From positions 16,004-80,003 of IMG/VR virus record IMGVR_UViG_3300033153_009397: a stretch of DNA of 64,000 nucleotides, one strand, 5' to 3'. The DNA is from a virus. Under the pieces are notes generated by a model. The model made no database searches. It saw only the letters and a list, made by a program, of their open reading frames with translations, and was not told the origin of the DNA. The position numbers and the translations under genes were made by a program. Position 1 is the first letter of the stretch. Each line of letters starts with the position of its first letter. This document shows, one piece after another, positions 18,946-28,959 of this stretch.

Positions 18946-19031
18946 AAAAAAGAAAAATCCCCAGAGGCGAAAAGGCTTCGCTTTTGCGAAGATAGATAGT
19001 TTTTGGGGCACGACAATGACGCCTCTGGGGG
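18946..19031 (-). ncRNA. GC-rich structured RNA element or terminator at the 3' end of an operon
   Basis: 11-bp stem CCCCAGAGGCG/CGCCTCTGGGG enclosing CTTCGC-AAAA-GCGAAG, followed by a U-tract on the minus strand. Confidence 0.5.
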
Positions 19032-19038
19032 AACGTGA

Positions 19039-19260
19039 TTAATCTATGCCAAGTTTCTTCTTGATTTTATCTATCTTTGTTTGTAATATTCTACACTTCT
19101 CTTTGGCATTTTTATATTTGAGATATGCATATGGAGGAGTTGGCTGTCTATCGCACCAATCATAACTAGCTAGCTGGTATCGAAGCTTGCTCTCTTCATA
19201 CTCTATTTGTAATTTAGACAATTTTCGTCGCAGAAAATATTTAGTCCAAATCATTTTCAT
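19039..19260 (-). CDS. Hypothetical protein
   Basis: In-operon ORF. Confidence 0.6.
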   Translation of the reverse strand: MKMIWTKYFLRRKLSKLQIEYEESKLRYQLASYDWCDRQPTPPYAYLKYKNAKEKCRILQTKIDKIKKKLGID

Positions 19261-19496
19261 TCACCATCATTCTTGTAACTTCTGTAGTCTTTTTTTATTA
19301 CTTCAAAATTTGAGATTTGACCTTGCAAGAATTTGCTTTCTTTAGGTTCTAATCCCGCTTTTAGAGTTTCATAAACTATCGTATCTACTTCTGCTGGTGT
19401 GAGATTTTTTGGGATTGTAACTTCTGCTACATGTTCATAATAGCCATTCTCTGTCCATAGAACAGTTACTTTCTCGGTCTTTTTTTCTTGGTTCAT
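19257..19496 (-). CDS. Hypothetical protein
   Basis: ATGA overlap. Confidence 0.65.
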   Translation of the reverse strand: MNQEKKTEKVTVLWTENGYYEHVAEVTIPKNLTPAEVDTIVYETLKAGLEPKESKFLQGQISNFEVIKKDYRSYKNDGE

Positions 19497-19735
19497 GATT
19501 TGTGCTCCTTCAACATTTTCTCATAGCATTCAATGTGGTAATATTCTACTTTTCCTACATAGTCCTCAAATCCTCCTTCGAGCTCATTAGAGAAAGCTAC
19601 ATCCATGACTACTATGCCATAGGTTGTTTTTCTCTCCTTATTTAGATTTTTACCACATATTTTACATGGATAGTTCCATGTTATGGCTTCTATATTTGTA
19701 GAAGCTACTTCATTTATCGGTTTTTTGTCGTTCAT
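19493..19735 (-). CDS. Zn-binding protein (paralog-like to the next ORF)
   Basis: CKICGK...YHIECY. Confidence 0.65.
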   Translation of the reverse strand: MNDKKPINEVASTNIEAITWNYPCKICGKNLNKERKTTYGIVVMDVAFSNELEGGFEDYVGKVEYYHIECYEKMLKEHKS

Positions 19736-19937
19736 TTTTCTTCATCTCCTTTTCTATCTCTTTTGAAATATTTTTATAGAAACATTCTTCATCGTAGTAA
19801 TATGGATAGTTTAGGTCGAGAGGTATCTCTGATATATCTGGTAGGTTCTCACTATCGTATTTTGCTATCCATTCATATACTATCATTGCTTCTTCTCCTT
19901 CTTTTATTGGCTTCCCGCATTTTCTACATTCTTTCAT
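19710..19937 (-). CDS. Zn-binding protein
   Basis: CRKCGKPI...YDEECF. Confidence 0.65.
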   Translation of the reverse strand: MKECRKCGKPIKEGEEAMIVYEWIAKYDSENLPDISEIPLDLNYPYYYDEECFYKNISKEIEKEMKKNERQKTDK

Positions 19938-20434
19938 TTTTCTTCACCTTCTTCTCTATCTCTTTTGAAATATTGTTTGAAGATAACTCTCTCTTTACCG
20001 TCACAAGGTAGTTGTCCTATCCCGTCGATAAATCCTCCAGATACTGTTTTATATATCATTACAGCTTTGCCTTTTAGCTCATGGAATTCTTCAACATCGA
20101 ACATTCGCATAATATCGGTAACTAGCTTCATTCCATAGGGAGATACTATTCTCTCTATAAATTTCCCTCTTTCATCTTTTATTGGTTCGCAGAGTATCAA
20201 ACTTATTCCTTGTGCTCCTATCTCCAAGTCAAACACTATATGCATCGTGAAAAATTTTTCTAGTGATAATGAGACTTCAGTTATTCGGGCGATTTCTTTC
20301 CAAAAACCTTTCGAACCGCCCAGTGTTCTCTCTTTATTTAAATCCATGATAGTCTGTATATCCACATTAAAAATCTCTTCATGTCGTTGATTTATGACCT
20401 CTTTCTGGTCATTTTTTCTTTCATTATTAGTCAT
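19934..20434 (-). CDS. Conserved phage hypothetical protein
   Basis: IMRMFDVEEFHELKGK...IDGIG motif. Confidence 0.7.
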   Translation of the reverse strand: MTNNERKNDQKEVINQRHEEIFNVDIQTIMDLNKERTLGGSKGFWKEIARITEVSLSLEKFFTMHIVFDLEIGAQGISLILCEPIKDERGKFIERIVSPYGMKLVTDIMRMFDVEEFHELKGKAVMIYKTVSGGFIDGIGQLPCDGKERVIFKQYFKRDREEGEEK

Positions 20435-20723
20435 CTTTTTTACCTTCTTTTTCTACTGGGACATAGCAACGAGCTGTTAAGGTCAAATCTGGTTCAATAT
20501 ACATTTGATATATTTGTAGATTATCTAATTCCCATTCTGTTATTTGTCCTTCTTCAATTTCTGTTCTGATAAGTCCTTTTATCAAATTCAGTAAAGCAAC
20601 AGATAGTTTGATATACTTTGTATTTGGTGTTTTGCAACGAAGACAATGATAATCATTTTCCATCTTGAAGAGTAGTGCTCCGCATAATAGGCAACTTTTT
20701 CTTTCTTCTATTAGATTATTCAT
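20427..20723 (-). CDS. Zn-ribbon protein
   Basis: CLLCG...CLRC. Confidence 0.65.
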   Translation of the reverse strand: MNNLIEERKSCLLCGALLFKMENDYHCLRCKTPNTKYIKLSVALLNLIKGLIRTEIEEGQITEWELDNLQIYQMYIEPDLTLTARCYVPVEKEGKKDD

Positions 20724-20838
20724 TATTATTCACATTCCATTCTGCGAGTGACTTTGTTAGTTGGGGGCTTCTCGTTTGGTTCTTCATCTTGGTACAGCTC
20801 AATTCTCTTATCGGTCATTATGGGTATTTTTATATACT

Positions 20839-21228
20839 TCATTGTTCTTTCCTCTTTTTGTCGAGTTTCCAATCAACAAAAGCCATATCTATAGCGGTGT
20901 CTATATCAGTATCCTTACCAGAAGTGTTAAATACTTTGGCTACATAGTTTTCGATATAATATAATATATCAACTTGTTCTTTTGTCCTTTTATTCTCTGG
21001 GGTTTCACAAGCATTTATATAATCATTGAAGTGTTTAATTTTCTCTTCTTCTCTTCTTATTGTTTCATCTGTTATTGCGAAGTCTCTTTCTTCACCTTCA
21101 TTGCGTTTGATTGCTTGTTTAAGCCATTCCATACTGCCATCTCTAATTCGTATTATATCATAATACAAATCTCTCGTTGTATAACAATATGAATATAATT
21201 CTTCATTTTTTTCTTCATTGTCGGTCAT
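20839..21228 (-). CDS. Hypothetical protein
   Basis: Follows a TTTAAAAA box at ~21255. Confidence 0.7.
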   Translation of the reverse strand: MTDNEEKNEELYSYCYTTRDLYYDIIRIRDGSMEWLKQAIKRNEGEERDFAITDETIRREEEKIKHFNDYINACETPENKRTKEQVDILYYIENYVAKVFNTSGKDTDIDTAIDMAFVDWKLDKKRKEQ

Positions 21229-21321
21229 GTTGATTTAACATGTACTACTATATTTTTAAACATTTTGGTCATATTCAAAGGTTGAAAAAAAAAGAAGGTT
21301 AAGATATAGATGTGAGATATC

Positions 21322-21780
21322 TTAAGCATTGAATATATGAGAAACGAAGTATCCTTCTTCTGACCACTGTAGGACATAAATTCTTGTACCTTTTTTGATT
21401 TCTGCATTAGCACAAGCCATATCATATTCATGTTCATCTTTATCGAAGTACCTTGTTATTTGTCCATTCCACTCTATTGTGCTGAACCATTTTCCAGCCC
21501 AACTATCGTTTGCTCCTATAAGTTTTCTATATTCTTTGTCTATTTCCCAAGCTAGTTCAACAGCTTTTCTATATATACTTCCTCCATACATATATCCATA
21601 ATCAGTAGTTTGTATTGAACTTGTGGCTACATCTCCATACTCGTTGGTTGGTTCTACTTCTATCCAGTCATACGTTTTATCATATCTCACTATATATCTA
21701 TAACCTTTTATTCTTGTTTCTGTCTCTTTTCCATCGTAGAGACATGCAAGTATTCTTCTTATTGTTCTTTTATCAGCCAT
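21322..21780 (-). CDS. Hypothetical protein
   Basis: Follows the TATA at ~21813. Confidence 0.7.
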   Translation of the reverse strand: MADKRTIRRILACLYDGKETETRIKGYRYIVRYDKTYDWIEVEPTNEYGDVATSSIQTTDYGYMYGGSIYRKAVELAWEIDKEYRKLIGANDSWAGKWFSTIEWNGQITRYFDKDEHEYDMACANAEIKKGTRIYVLQWSEEGYFVSHIFNA

Positions 21781-21790
21781 TTTAAGTCAC

Positions 21791-21823
21791 TGTATTTACA
21801 TGTATTTACATGTATTTAAATGT
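21791..21823 (-). promoter_or_regulatory. TATA box embedded in a 10-bp tandem repeat
   Basis: TGTATTTACA TGTATTTACA TGTATTTAAA TGT. Confidence 0.65.
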
Positions 21824-21851
21824 TTTGGAAAACATAAAAAAAAATAAAAAA

Positions 21852-22166
21852 TTAGATTGAAGTAGGTTCGATAAGGACAATAATGATACTCCAATATCCT
21901 TCTGGGGCATCATCAAGAATATCAACGCTGATTAAGTCCATGGTATAGTCTTTTGCTATCTTATTAGCTGTTTCCATGAGATAGTAAGCTGATAGCTGGT
22001 TGAGTGAGTGTTTATCTGGGAATAACTTGGGAATGAGGCTCTTGATAACGATAGCTTGTTCTACGCTTTCATGTCTTATAACATAAGTTTGTTTAGCCTT
22101 CATTTTCCTAGTCATTATGTCGGCAATATCTCTTTTCATAGTTGAACTAATGCGTCTCATTTTCAC
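21852..22166 (-). CDS. Hypothetical protein
   Basis: In-operon ORF. Confidence 0.65.
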   Translation of the reverse strand: MKMRRISSTMKRDIADIMTRKMKAKQTYVIRHESVEQAIVIKSLIPKLFPDKHSLNQLSAYYLMETANKIAKDYTMDLISVDILDDAPEGYWSIIIVLIEPTSI

Positions 22167-22569
22167 ATCCTCTTTTAATCATTTTAAGTGCTTCTTTGCA
22201 TCGTTCTGCCTCGTTTTGAACTTTTTTCTCTATTTTAGAAAAAATATCTGAAAGTCTAGTGGCTAACCATAAGGCTTGTTCTTTGCTTATTCTCCTCCTC
22301 ATTGGTGTAGCTACATTTATTTCATTTCCAAATGGTACTTTTACGTTGATATATCTTCCATCTAATAGCCAGTAAGTGTTACCATCTAGATGGTCTCTCA
22401 CTAGCCTTATATCGTGGTCATCGTATTCTATGTCAAAATTGGGTTCAATAGCATCTGCTAACCAATCGAATAGGTCAATGATAGTTTGGTCTAATTTTTG
22501 GGATATTCTGGTTCGTCCCGTGGCAGCTTGGTTGAGCATGTAAATACGTTCTTTGGTTAATCGTTTCAT
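22147..22569 (-). CDS. Hypothetical protein
   Basis: GGAGG RBS. Confidence 0.7.
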   Translation of the reverse strand: MKRLTKERIYMLNQAATGRTRISQKLDQTIIDLFDWLADAIEPNFDIEYDDHDIRLVRDHLDGNTYWLLDGRYINVKVPFGNEINVATPMRRRISKEQALWLATRLSDIFSKIEKKVQNEAERCKEALKMIKRGCENETH

Positions 22570-23003
22570 ATTTTGACCTCCTCCAATATTTTGCTATTAT
22601 AGCCATTTTTTGCATTTATTTCATCCATTGCATTATTGTATGATATATAGTTGAATTCTATACATATCCAAGCTAGTTTCTTTTGGTTTAGACCATTTTG
22701 TCTTTGTTCTTCGGGTTGTAATACTTGATTGCCCCATTCACCTAGTTTTCCAAGATTGTAAGAAATTTCTTCGAGAATAGCATATTCGTCGCTATGAGTG
22801 TCAAAGTAAGTGATGATTTCGTCTAATTCATACAATATGTTTTCCCAATCTTCTGGATGAATAAATGGTCTTCTCGTTGCTTTATCTCTAAACTCTTGAA
22901 GGTAGTCTCTGCATTTGGATGAAAATTCTCCATCTGTTAATTCATCTCTTGTCCATTGTTGGTAGAAAGGATGGATGTAGATTATATATTGCCAATCACT
23001 CAT
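22566..23003 (-). CDS. Hypothetical protein
   Basis: In-operon ORF. Confidence 0.7.
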   Translation of the reverse strand: MSDWQYIIYIHPFYQQWTRDELTDGEFSSKCRDYLQEFRDKATRRPFIHPEDWENILYELDEIITYFDTHSDEYAILEEISYNLGKLGEWGNQVLQPEEQRQNGLNQKKLAWICIEFNYISYNNAMDEINAKNGYNSKILEEVKI

Positions 23004-23232
23004 CTTCTTCCTCCTCCCAGCATTGTTCTTCTAACCATCGAGTTACTACTATATCTCTTGGAATGGCTTCTCCTTTAAGTACCTTTATTATTTCTTCTGT
23101 GTTTATTATTGTTCCTTGAGTGCATTTGCATGTAGCACATATTAGTTCTACTGCTACCCCATTGGCAAAGCTTATAATTCGATTGATATGAGGTTTGTGT
23201 CTGTTTTCACTTGCCATTTGGTATCTCCTCAT
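22996..23232 (-). CDS. Hypothetical protein
   Basis: In-operon ORF. Confidence 0.55.
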   Translation of the reverse strand: MRRYQMASENRHKPHINRIISFANGVAVELICATCKCTQGTIINTEEIIKVLKGEAIPRDIVVTRWLEEQCWEEEEDE

Positions 23233-23608
23233 CTGGTGTTAATGTAAAGATATCTTGTTTTTCATAGAGTTTTCTTAACTCTTGGTATTCCTCTTTTGTT
23301 AAATACATATCTGCCAAGAAACTAAAACCTTCTACTCTTTGTATTCTTTCAAAGACTAGCTGTTCTAATTGTTCTATTCGACTTGGATACTGTTTCCTTA
23401 TTCCTTCGTAAGCTTCTATCGCTAAAATTTTGTCGTATAATTCTCTCTTTGTTCTTCCGTGAAGGAAACAGTCATTGTTAGCATCATATTTAAGAATATC
23501 AAATCTGTATCCATCTGTTATGAGTATTAGTTTTACCCCAATCATTTCTTGTAGCTTTCTTGTTCGTTCTAATAACATCTTTCTTGTTATTCCATTCATG
23601 TTAATCAT
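23207..23608 (-). CDS. Hypothetical protein
   Basis: TKRELY motif; in-operon. Confidence 0.7.
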   Translation of the reverse strand: MINMNGITRKMLLERTRKLQEMIGVKLILITDGYRFDILKYDANNDCFLHGRTKRELYDKILAIEAYEGIRKQYPSRIEQLEQLVFERIQRVEGFSFLADMYLTKEEYQELRKLYEKQDIFTLTPDEEIPNGK

Positions 23609-23903
23609 TCCCTTTCATTATTTCGATGTATAGAAACAGTTGAGGTATAGGCTTTTTTGAATATTCATCCCATCTATTATCTAAAAACCAACCAACCTCG
23701 CTCTCGTTGAACTGTAATAATGAACCTCTTATATCTTTCTTGAGTAGCTCGTAGAATTTTTCTTCAAAATTCTTTATTAAGTCAAATAGTTCTTCTTTGG
23801 TTGATTGCATTTGCCCAGTTTCTGCATAAGCCTCCGCATAGAAATAGTCTTCCATTTCTATTAGTTCCATCTTTTCAATGTTTGACTCCATTTCAGTCAT
23901 CAC
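23601..23903 (-). CDS. Acidic hypothetical protein
   Basis: In-operon ORF. Confidence 0.6.
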   Translation of the reverse strand: MMTEMESNIEKMELIEMEDYFYAEAYAETGQMQSTKEELFDLIKNFEEKFYELLKKDIRGSLLQFNESEVGWFLDNRWDEYSKKPIPQLFLYIEIMKGND

Positions 23904-24064
23904 CTATTTCATATTTAACGGCTGAATTTGATAGTATTTCTATCAGAAGGTATGTAGCCTCTTCATAGTTTTCTACTTCCCATTCATTGATGGTTTTCCA
24001 TTTGTCATTATCTCTTTCTAATGCTTTGATAATCATTTGTTTTCACTTCTTTTCGATTTCTCGG

Positions 24065-24484
24065 TCATTCTGATTTCATCTCTTCTAATTTTTCGGTTAT
24101 TTCTTTCTCTATTTTTGGTAACCTTGTTTTTATGGTATTATATTCTCTCATAAGTGATACTATGAGCGGGTCTGAAGTATCTATTTTCCCCCATCCGTTA
24201 TCTCTACTTGCTTTAACTCTTCGTAAAAATCCATGTATTTTTTGATGACAAGCGTGGCATAGTATTTGGCATTGTTTCATTTCTTTCTCTATTTCTTCTA
24301 TTTCTTTTCCTTTTACTATCATTGTAGCAATGTTATTTTCTTCATCATATCTTGGTATTGGGTGATGTAATAAAAGTTTCTTGGTATAGCTACCACAAAA
24401 TAGACAATTTTTTCCTTTTTTGAACTCCTTAAGGAGTTCTAATGACACTTTTCTTTTTAAAACACTTTTGCTTATCTCGGTCAT
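24065..24484 (-). CDS. HNH endonuclease
   Basis: CLFCG...LHH...LCHACHQKIH. Confidence 0.8.
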   Translation of the reverse strand: MTEISKSVLKRKVSLELLKEFKKGKNCLFCGSYTKKLLLHHPIPRYDEENNIATMIVKGKEIEEIEKEMKQCQILCHACHQKIHGFLRRVKASRDNGWGKIDTSDPLIVSLMREYNTIKTRLPKIEKEITEKLEEMKSE

Positions 24485-24548
24485 GTAATCTTACATTGTT
24501 TTTAACATATTTAAATGTTACGAGACATCACAAAATTTTTATTTAAAC

Positions 24549-24905
24549 TTGTTTGGTTTTTGTAATATAAAATTGGCGTCTTTTATAGTTTCAGCCGTCG
24601 AAATGTTTAAATGTGACAAAAGAGATTTTAGAATAATGACTGAATTAGAATTTTGTAGTATAGAAAACCGACTTACAGATAATGGGATAGGGTGTCTGAA
24701 AGAGGCTCGATTTGCTCTGGCTATTGGATTGGACGGAGTAATAAAGTTTTTACCTATACAAGAGATGGGAGTTATTGCAAACAATTATATTCCCTTATGT
24801 GAAAAACATAAAAAGGAAATACAACAAGTCATCAAAAATATAAAAGAAAAAGAGAGAGAAAATGAACGTCTCAAGAACATCAAAGCTAATCATAAAAGAA
24901 CATAA
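24549..24905 (+). CDS. Hypothetical protein
   Basis: First gene of the divergent plus-strand block; start uncertain. Confidence 0.55.
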   Translation: MFGFCNIKLASFIVSAVEMFKCDKRDFRIMTELEFCSIENRLTDNGIGCLKEARFALAIGLDGVIKFLPIQEMGVIANNYIPLCEKHKKEIQQVIKNIKEKERENERLKNIKANHKRT

Positions 24906-25278
24906 GATTGTAATGATAGTAGGAAATATGTATCCCACGTCCCAGAAGATACTTACTGGGTTACATCTTCTAGCTAGGAGGTTTGGGCAAGGTAATCATC
25001 CCTCATATGTCATTGCCTATATGGTACCCAATAGAATTAAGACCGAGTTTGTTTGGGAGAAAATACCTAGCCATTTTTCTTCCAAGGATAAGATGTTAGA
25101 TATACAGCGAGCTTGTGGGAGAAAACCCTCATTTAAAAGAATATGGTTTAACAAAAAGAAGAATAAGATGATATGTTACATTGAATTTAATACTTGTGAA
25201 AACGCTAAACTTTTAGATATCTATTTTGTTGAGCCCGAAGAATATTTCGACGGTTTGCGTAGTTATCAAACAAGATAA
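24862..25278 (+). CDS. Hypothetical protein
   Basis: In-operon ORF. Confidence 0.65.
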   Translation: MNVSRTSKLIIKEHKIVMIVGNMYPTSQKILTGLHLLARRFGQGNHPSYVIAYMVPNRIKTEFVWEKIPSHFSSKDKMLDIQRACGRKPSFKRIWFNKKKNKMICYIEFNTCENAKLLDIYFVEPEEYFDGLRSYQTR

Positions 25279-25325
25279 TTGTTTTATACCGAAATGTTTA
25301 AATGTATTTAAAGATAAAGTAGTAC

Positions 25326-25955
25326 ATGATGAAAATGACCGATAAAGATATTTTTTCGAGATATCTTCACCCAACAAGGTCTCAACACATTTTGTTGGGA
25401 AATAAGGAGAAATTAAGTGTGGGGGAAGTGGCTAGTCTCTTAGGGAAATCGGAAAATAGAATTAGACAGATGATTAATGATGGGGAGTTATTAGCAGATA
25501 AAGTAGGTAGAAGATGGGAGGTTTATTCTTTTCCTCTTCTTGAAAAACTATCATCTTTTAAAAGACTGTTAAGAAAAGCCAAGATTGGAAGATTAAACTC
25601 AGAGTATTATAGCAATATGTGGTATGCTAAAATGGATGAAACCTTCATTGAATATTTCATCTTTGATGATTTAGGAGATTCTGTTGAAAGAGTAATAAAG
25701 ATTCATTATCTACGAATTAATGAGGCTAATGTTTCTGCTCAGTATATAGTTCCTTATTGTTCTATGACTATCACTTATAGTCAAGGAATTCCTATTGTTT
25801 ATACTATGAGTCAGAGGTGGAATGTAGACAATAGATTTGATAATTATCCCAATAAGCTTATCAGTCCTAAATGGATGTTGTTAAGTTATTATTTGATAAA
25901 TGTGTACTTGATGTCTGAAGGTGAGAAACATGCCAATTGTGATAGTAAAAGGTGA
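25326..25955 (+). CDS. Excisionase/MerR-like HTH (HTH_17) regulator
   Basis: LSVGEVASLLGKSENRIRQMINDGELLADKVGRRWEV. Confidence 0.8.
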   Translation: MMKMTDKDIFSRYLHPTRSQHILLGNKEKLSVGEVASLLGKSENRIRQMINDGELLADKVGRRWEVYSFPLLEKLSSFKRLLRKAKIGRLNSEYYSNMWYAKMDETFIEYFIFDDLGDSVERVIKIHYLRINEANVSAQYIVPYCSMTITYSQGIPIVYTMSQRWNVDNRFDNYPNKLISPKWMLLSYYLINVYLMSEGEKHANCDSKR

Positions 25956-26274
25956 AGGAGATATGAAAAAAGTGTCACGAGCTGTAAGAGTTCCAAGTGC
26001 TCTCAGAAAATGGATTGAGGATAGAGGGTTAGGATATACTCAAGCTATTAAGTTAGTAATGTCTTTGGAGTTGGAGCAAGGAGATATAGACTATATTGGC
26101 GATGGATATCTTATAACCTTTAAGGTTAGTGAAGCAGAAATAGAAGATTTAATGAGGGAATCAATAAGAATGAGGATACCTTATTCTACTATAATAAGAA
26201 GAAAGCTACTTAAATGGCATATAATGGAATGTGAAAAGAATGGAGAAACCGACATTATTACCAGAAATAATTGA
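25921..26274 (+). CDS. Putative ribbon-helix-helix DNA-binding protein
   Basis: Two beta-helix-helix-like repeats (AVRVP..., ITFKVSE...YSTIIR). Confidence 0.5.
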   Translation: MRNMPIVIVKGEGDMKKVSRAVRVPSALRKWIEDRGLGYTQAIKLVMSLELEQGDIDYIGDGYLITFKVSEAEIEDLMRESIRMRIPYSTIIRRKLLKWHIMECEKNGETDIITRNN

Positions 26275-26425
26275 GTTACATGATGATTTATCTGATTATC
26301 TCTCAGAAGAAACGATAGATAAGGTTTTTATGAAACATCTTAAATTGTTTAATGATAGATTGAGAGAATTGGAGAAAATGAAGGAATTATGGGACAATGA
26401 AGAAAAAGATGGTGATGAAAATTAA
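26231..26425 (+). CDS. Hypothetical protein
   Basis: In-operon ORF. Confidence 0.55.
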   Translation: MKRMEKPTLLPEIIELHDDLSDYLSEETIDKVFMKHLKLFNDRLRELEKMKELWDNEEKDGDEN

Positions 26426-26666
26426 AGCTGGTTGGAGAGATTGTAAATGCATGTTAGAAAATTGTTGGATTGATGACAATAAGGATGAGCTTGAGAAAAT
26501 GACCTCTACTTTTTTCAAGAGATTGTTAAATCGACTTATATTAAAAAGGAAGAGAAGAATATTCATATTGAAAATTAGTTTAAGCCCAGTAAAAGATGAA
26601 GCGGATTTCTGTAAATATGATTGTGGGTATAATAGATGGGGAGAGATAAGAGAAGATAACGATTAG
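26397..26666 (+). CDS. Hypothetical protein
   Basis: In-operon ORF. Confidence 0.55.
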   Translation: MKKKMVMKIKAGWRDCKCMLENCWIDDNKDELEKMTSTFFKRLLNRLILKRKRRIFILKISLSPVKDEADFCKYDCGYNRWGEIREDND

Positions 26667-26669
26667 AGG

Positions 26670-28010
26670 ATGGAAAAAATGAAGAAAATCAAAGAGATGG
26701 AAAACTATGCTTGGGCTAAGAAACAAGCAGATAAGTGGAATACTGGTTTGATAAAAGCCAAAAAAGAGCTGAAGCTAAGCAATGATAGAATACTAGCCAT
26801 GTCTCCAGCTAATGACCCGTACTGGATGACCCCAGCCAAATTGATGAAAGCTAAGTGGGCAGAAGAAATAATGGAAGAAACAATCACACCTCATTTAGAA
26901 AGGATAGGTGTTAGAGATATTCATTTACGAGATATTCATTATACTCTTACTAGCAGCGAGCTACAAGAAACGTGGGATGGAGAAAGATATCTTAATACTG
27001 TTGGTTGTTGGTCAGACCTTATCAAAGCTTTTGCTGTGGCAAGGTATACTGGTCTAATAGATTGGAGACTTATTAGGGATAATAAAAATATCTTGTATCA
27101 GCGTACTAGATATGGAAACAATAAAACTTTTATGGGGAATTTGATTGAGGGGAAGGATAGTTTAACTGTAGATAATATTATCTACGAAACTTTACTTTTC
27201 AGATTTGGGGATATGCTTAATCCATGGAACTGGATGCCTATTCATATTGAAATTTGGACTGAGAAAGACCTAGCTTTGTTAGAGCTAATTTGTAGCAAAC
27301 ATAAAGTCAATATGGTAGTAGGAGAAGGTGAAACTTCTATTACTCAAGTGTTTCAGTTGGTTGAACGTATAAGGAAAGCTGGTAAACCTACCAGAATAGC
27401 TTATATAGCCGACTGTGATGTAGTAGGTTCAAATATGAGCAAGGCTATGGCAAGGAAACTTGAATTTTTGCTTAATAAGTTACTTGGTGAAGAAAAGCGT
27501 GATGTCAAGGTTATACCTCTTATGCTTACTCCCACGCAAGTTGATGATTATGGATTGCCTACTATTCCGATGAAGCCATCTAAGTCTGGAGCTTATGAAA
27601 CTCGTAAAGACCAGTGGTTAGCATCCAGAGGTATGGATGGAGCAGTGGAAGTTAATGCCTTTCATGCTCTTTATCCAGATGATTTTAAATTTATTGTGGA
27701 GAGTTTTATTTCTAGTTACAAAGATGAGAAGATGTGGAAAAGAGTTAAGGAATTTAATGGGACGGTAAGAGACTTTGTTAGAGAACAAATTGATTGTAGC
27801 AATGTAGATATTAGTAGTCTTATCAAGGCTATTGAGTCCGTTGACTGGGTTAAAGTAGAAAAAGAGTATCATGACAATGTGGATGAGATTGGAGAAAGTG
27901 AATTATCCTATGGTTACAAAGACCAAAAATATAGGTGGTTGCTGGATACTGAAAGAAACTATTTTGAACAGTTGTGGGCTTACAACAGATATGAAAATGG
28001 TGAATTGTAA
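26670..28010 (+). CDS. Topo VI-A/Spo11/JetD-like Toprim-domain protein
   Basis: LRDIHY helix, IEIWTEKD, YIADCDVVG (Toprim E and DxD), EVNAF. Confidence 0.7.
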   Translation: MEKMKKIKEMENYAWAKKQADKWNTGLIKAKKELKLSNDRILAMSPANDPYWMTPAKLMKAKWAEEIMEETITPHLERIGVRDIHLRDIHYTLTSSELQETWDGERYLNTVGCWSDLIKAFAVARYTGLIDWRLIRDNKNILYQRTRYGNNKTFMGNLIEGKDSLTVDNIIYETLLFRFGDMLNPWNWMPIHIEIWTEKDLALLELICSKHKVNMVVGEGETSITQVFQLVERIRKAGKPTRIAYIADCDVVGSNMSKAMARKLEFLLNKLLGEEKRDVKVIPLMLTPTQVDDYGLPTIPMKPSKSGAYETRKDQWLASRGMDGAVEVNAFHALYPDDFKFIVESFISSYKDEKMWKRVKEFNGTVRDFVREQIDCSNVDISSLIKAIESVDWVKVEKEYHDNVDEIGESELSYGYKDQKYRWLLDTERNYFEQLWAYNRYENGEL

Positions 28011-28098
28011 TGAATAAGAGAATACTAATAAAAAGGTTAAAGAGGTTTTTGAGCTCGAGAAAATGTAGGAAATGGAAAAAAGGAAGAAGTGATGAAAA

Positions 28099-28296
28099 AT
28101 GATATGGCAGACAACTATTTATTGCCCCGATAACACTTGTAAATACAATTCTAACTATAAGTGTCAAAAAGATTTTATACAATTAGAGTTTGAAGACCAA
28201 GAGATACCTTCTTTTGTGTGCACTGATTACGAGTTTAAATCTTCGATAAAAAGCAAAAAATCGAATTTTGCTTTAGGAGAAGGTGATAATCTATGA
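28099..28296 (+). CDS. Cys-rich small protein
   Basis: CPDNTCKYN...C...C. Confidence 0.6.
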   Translation: MIWQTTIYCPDNTCKYNSNYKCQKDFIQLEFEDQEIPSFVCTDYEFKSSIKSKKSNFALGEGDNL

Positions 28297-28598
28297 CTGA
28301 AGTACATTGTAGGTGTGGAAAGGAAAGAGATGATAAAACAATTGATAAGAAACAGAGTTTTAAAAATATGCATAAAGAGATGATGAAACATATTAATTCA
28401 CGTGTAAAACTTGACCAAGAACGAATATTAAACAAAATAATTTCTGAAATGGTATTAAACGATGAAGAAATGATTGTTTCTAGTCTACTTTCAAGATATA
28501 CTAAGTTGCCATTAGTACAGCAAGATGAGGATATTTTACAGATACTTTATAAGTATACAAATAGAAGAGGAATAAAAAATGACCAAGGTAAGAATTGA
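28293..28598 (+). CDS. Hypothetical protein
   Basis: GGTGA RBS. Confidence 0.6.
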   Translation: MTEVHCRCGKERDDKTIDKKQSFKNMHKEMMKHINSRVKLDQERILNKIISEMVLNDEEMIVSSLLSRYTKLPLVQQDEDILQILYKYTNRRGIKNDQGKN

Positions 28599-28959
28599 AG
28601 AAGGAGAAACGCTAATAGAAGCGTTGTTGAAAAGGAAAGAATTAGCTAATGGGGATGTATTAGAGCTTTATAAAGACGAGGCTGTTTTACATCTCTTGAA
28701 AAAACAAGCTGACCTCAAAGCGGATTTGAAGAAAATTGATGAGGTCTTAAAGCTTGTTGATAAAGAGGCGATTAAACGTCTCAGACGTAGAAACGTTACT
28801 ACTGCAGAGGATGATGAGATAAAAGTAACTCTTGTGAGTTATTCTCAACGTTCTGTGGATAAAGATAAACTAGGTGAGTATCTTTCTACTCAAGGAAAGA
28901 GTTTGGAAGAGTTCGAGGAAATCAAGAAAGTAGAATATGTGAGGAGAAAGCTTAAATGA
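28579..28959 (+). CDS. Coiled-coil phage protein
   Basis: Coiled coil followed by RSVDKDKL. Confidence 0.7.
   Translation: MTKVRIEEGETLIEALLKRKELANGDVLELYKDEAVLHLLKKQADLKADLKKIDEVLKLVDKEAIKRLRRRNVTTAEDDEIKVTLVSYSQRSVDKDKLGEYLSTQGKSLEEFEEIKKVEYVRRKLK

Noticed and set aside
25326-25955. Integrated provirus boundary implied by the excisionase-like HTH
   Set aside because: No integrase, att site or host housekeeping gene is seen; the whole window looks viral.
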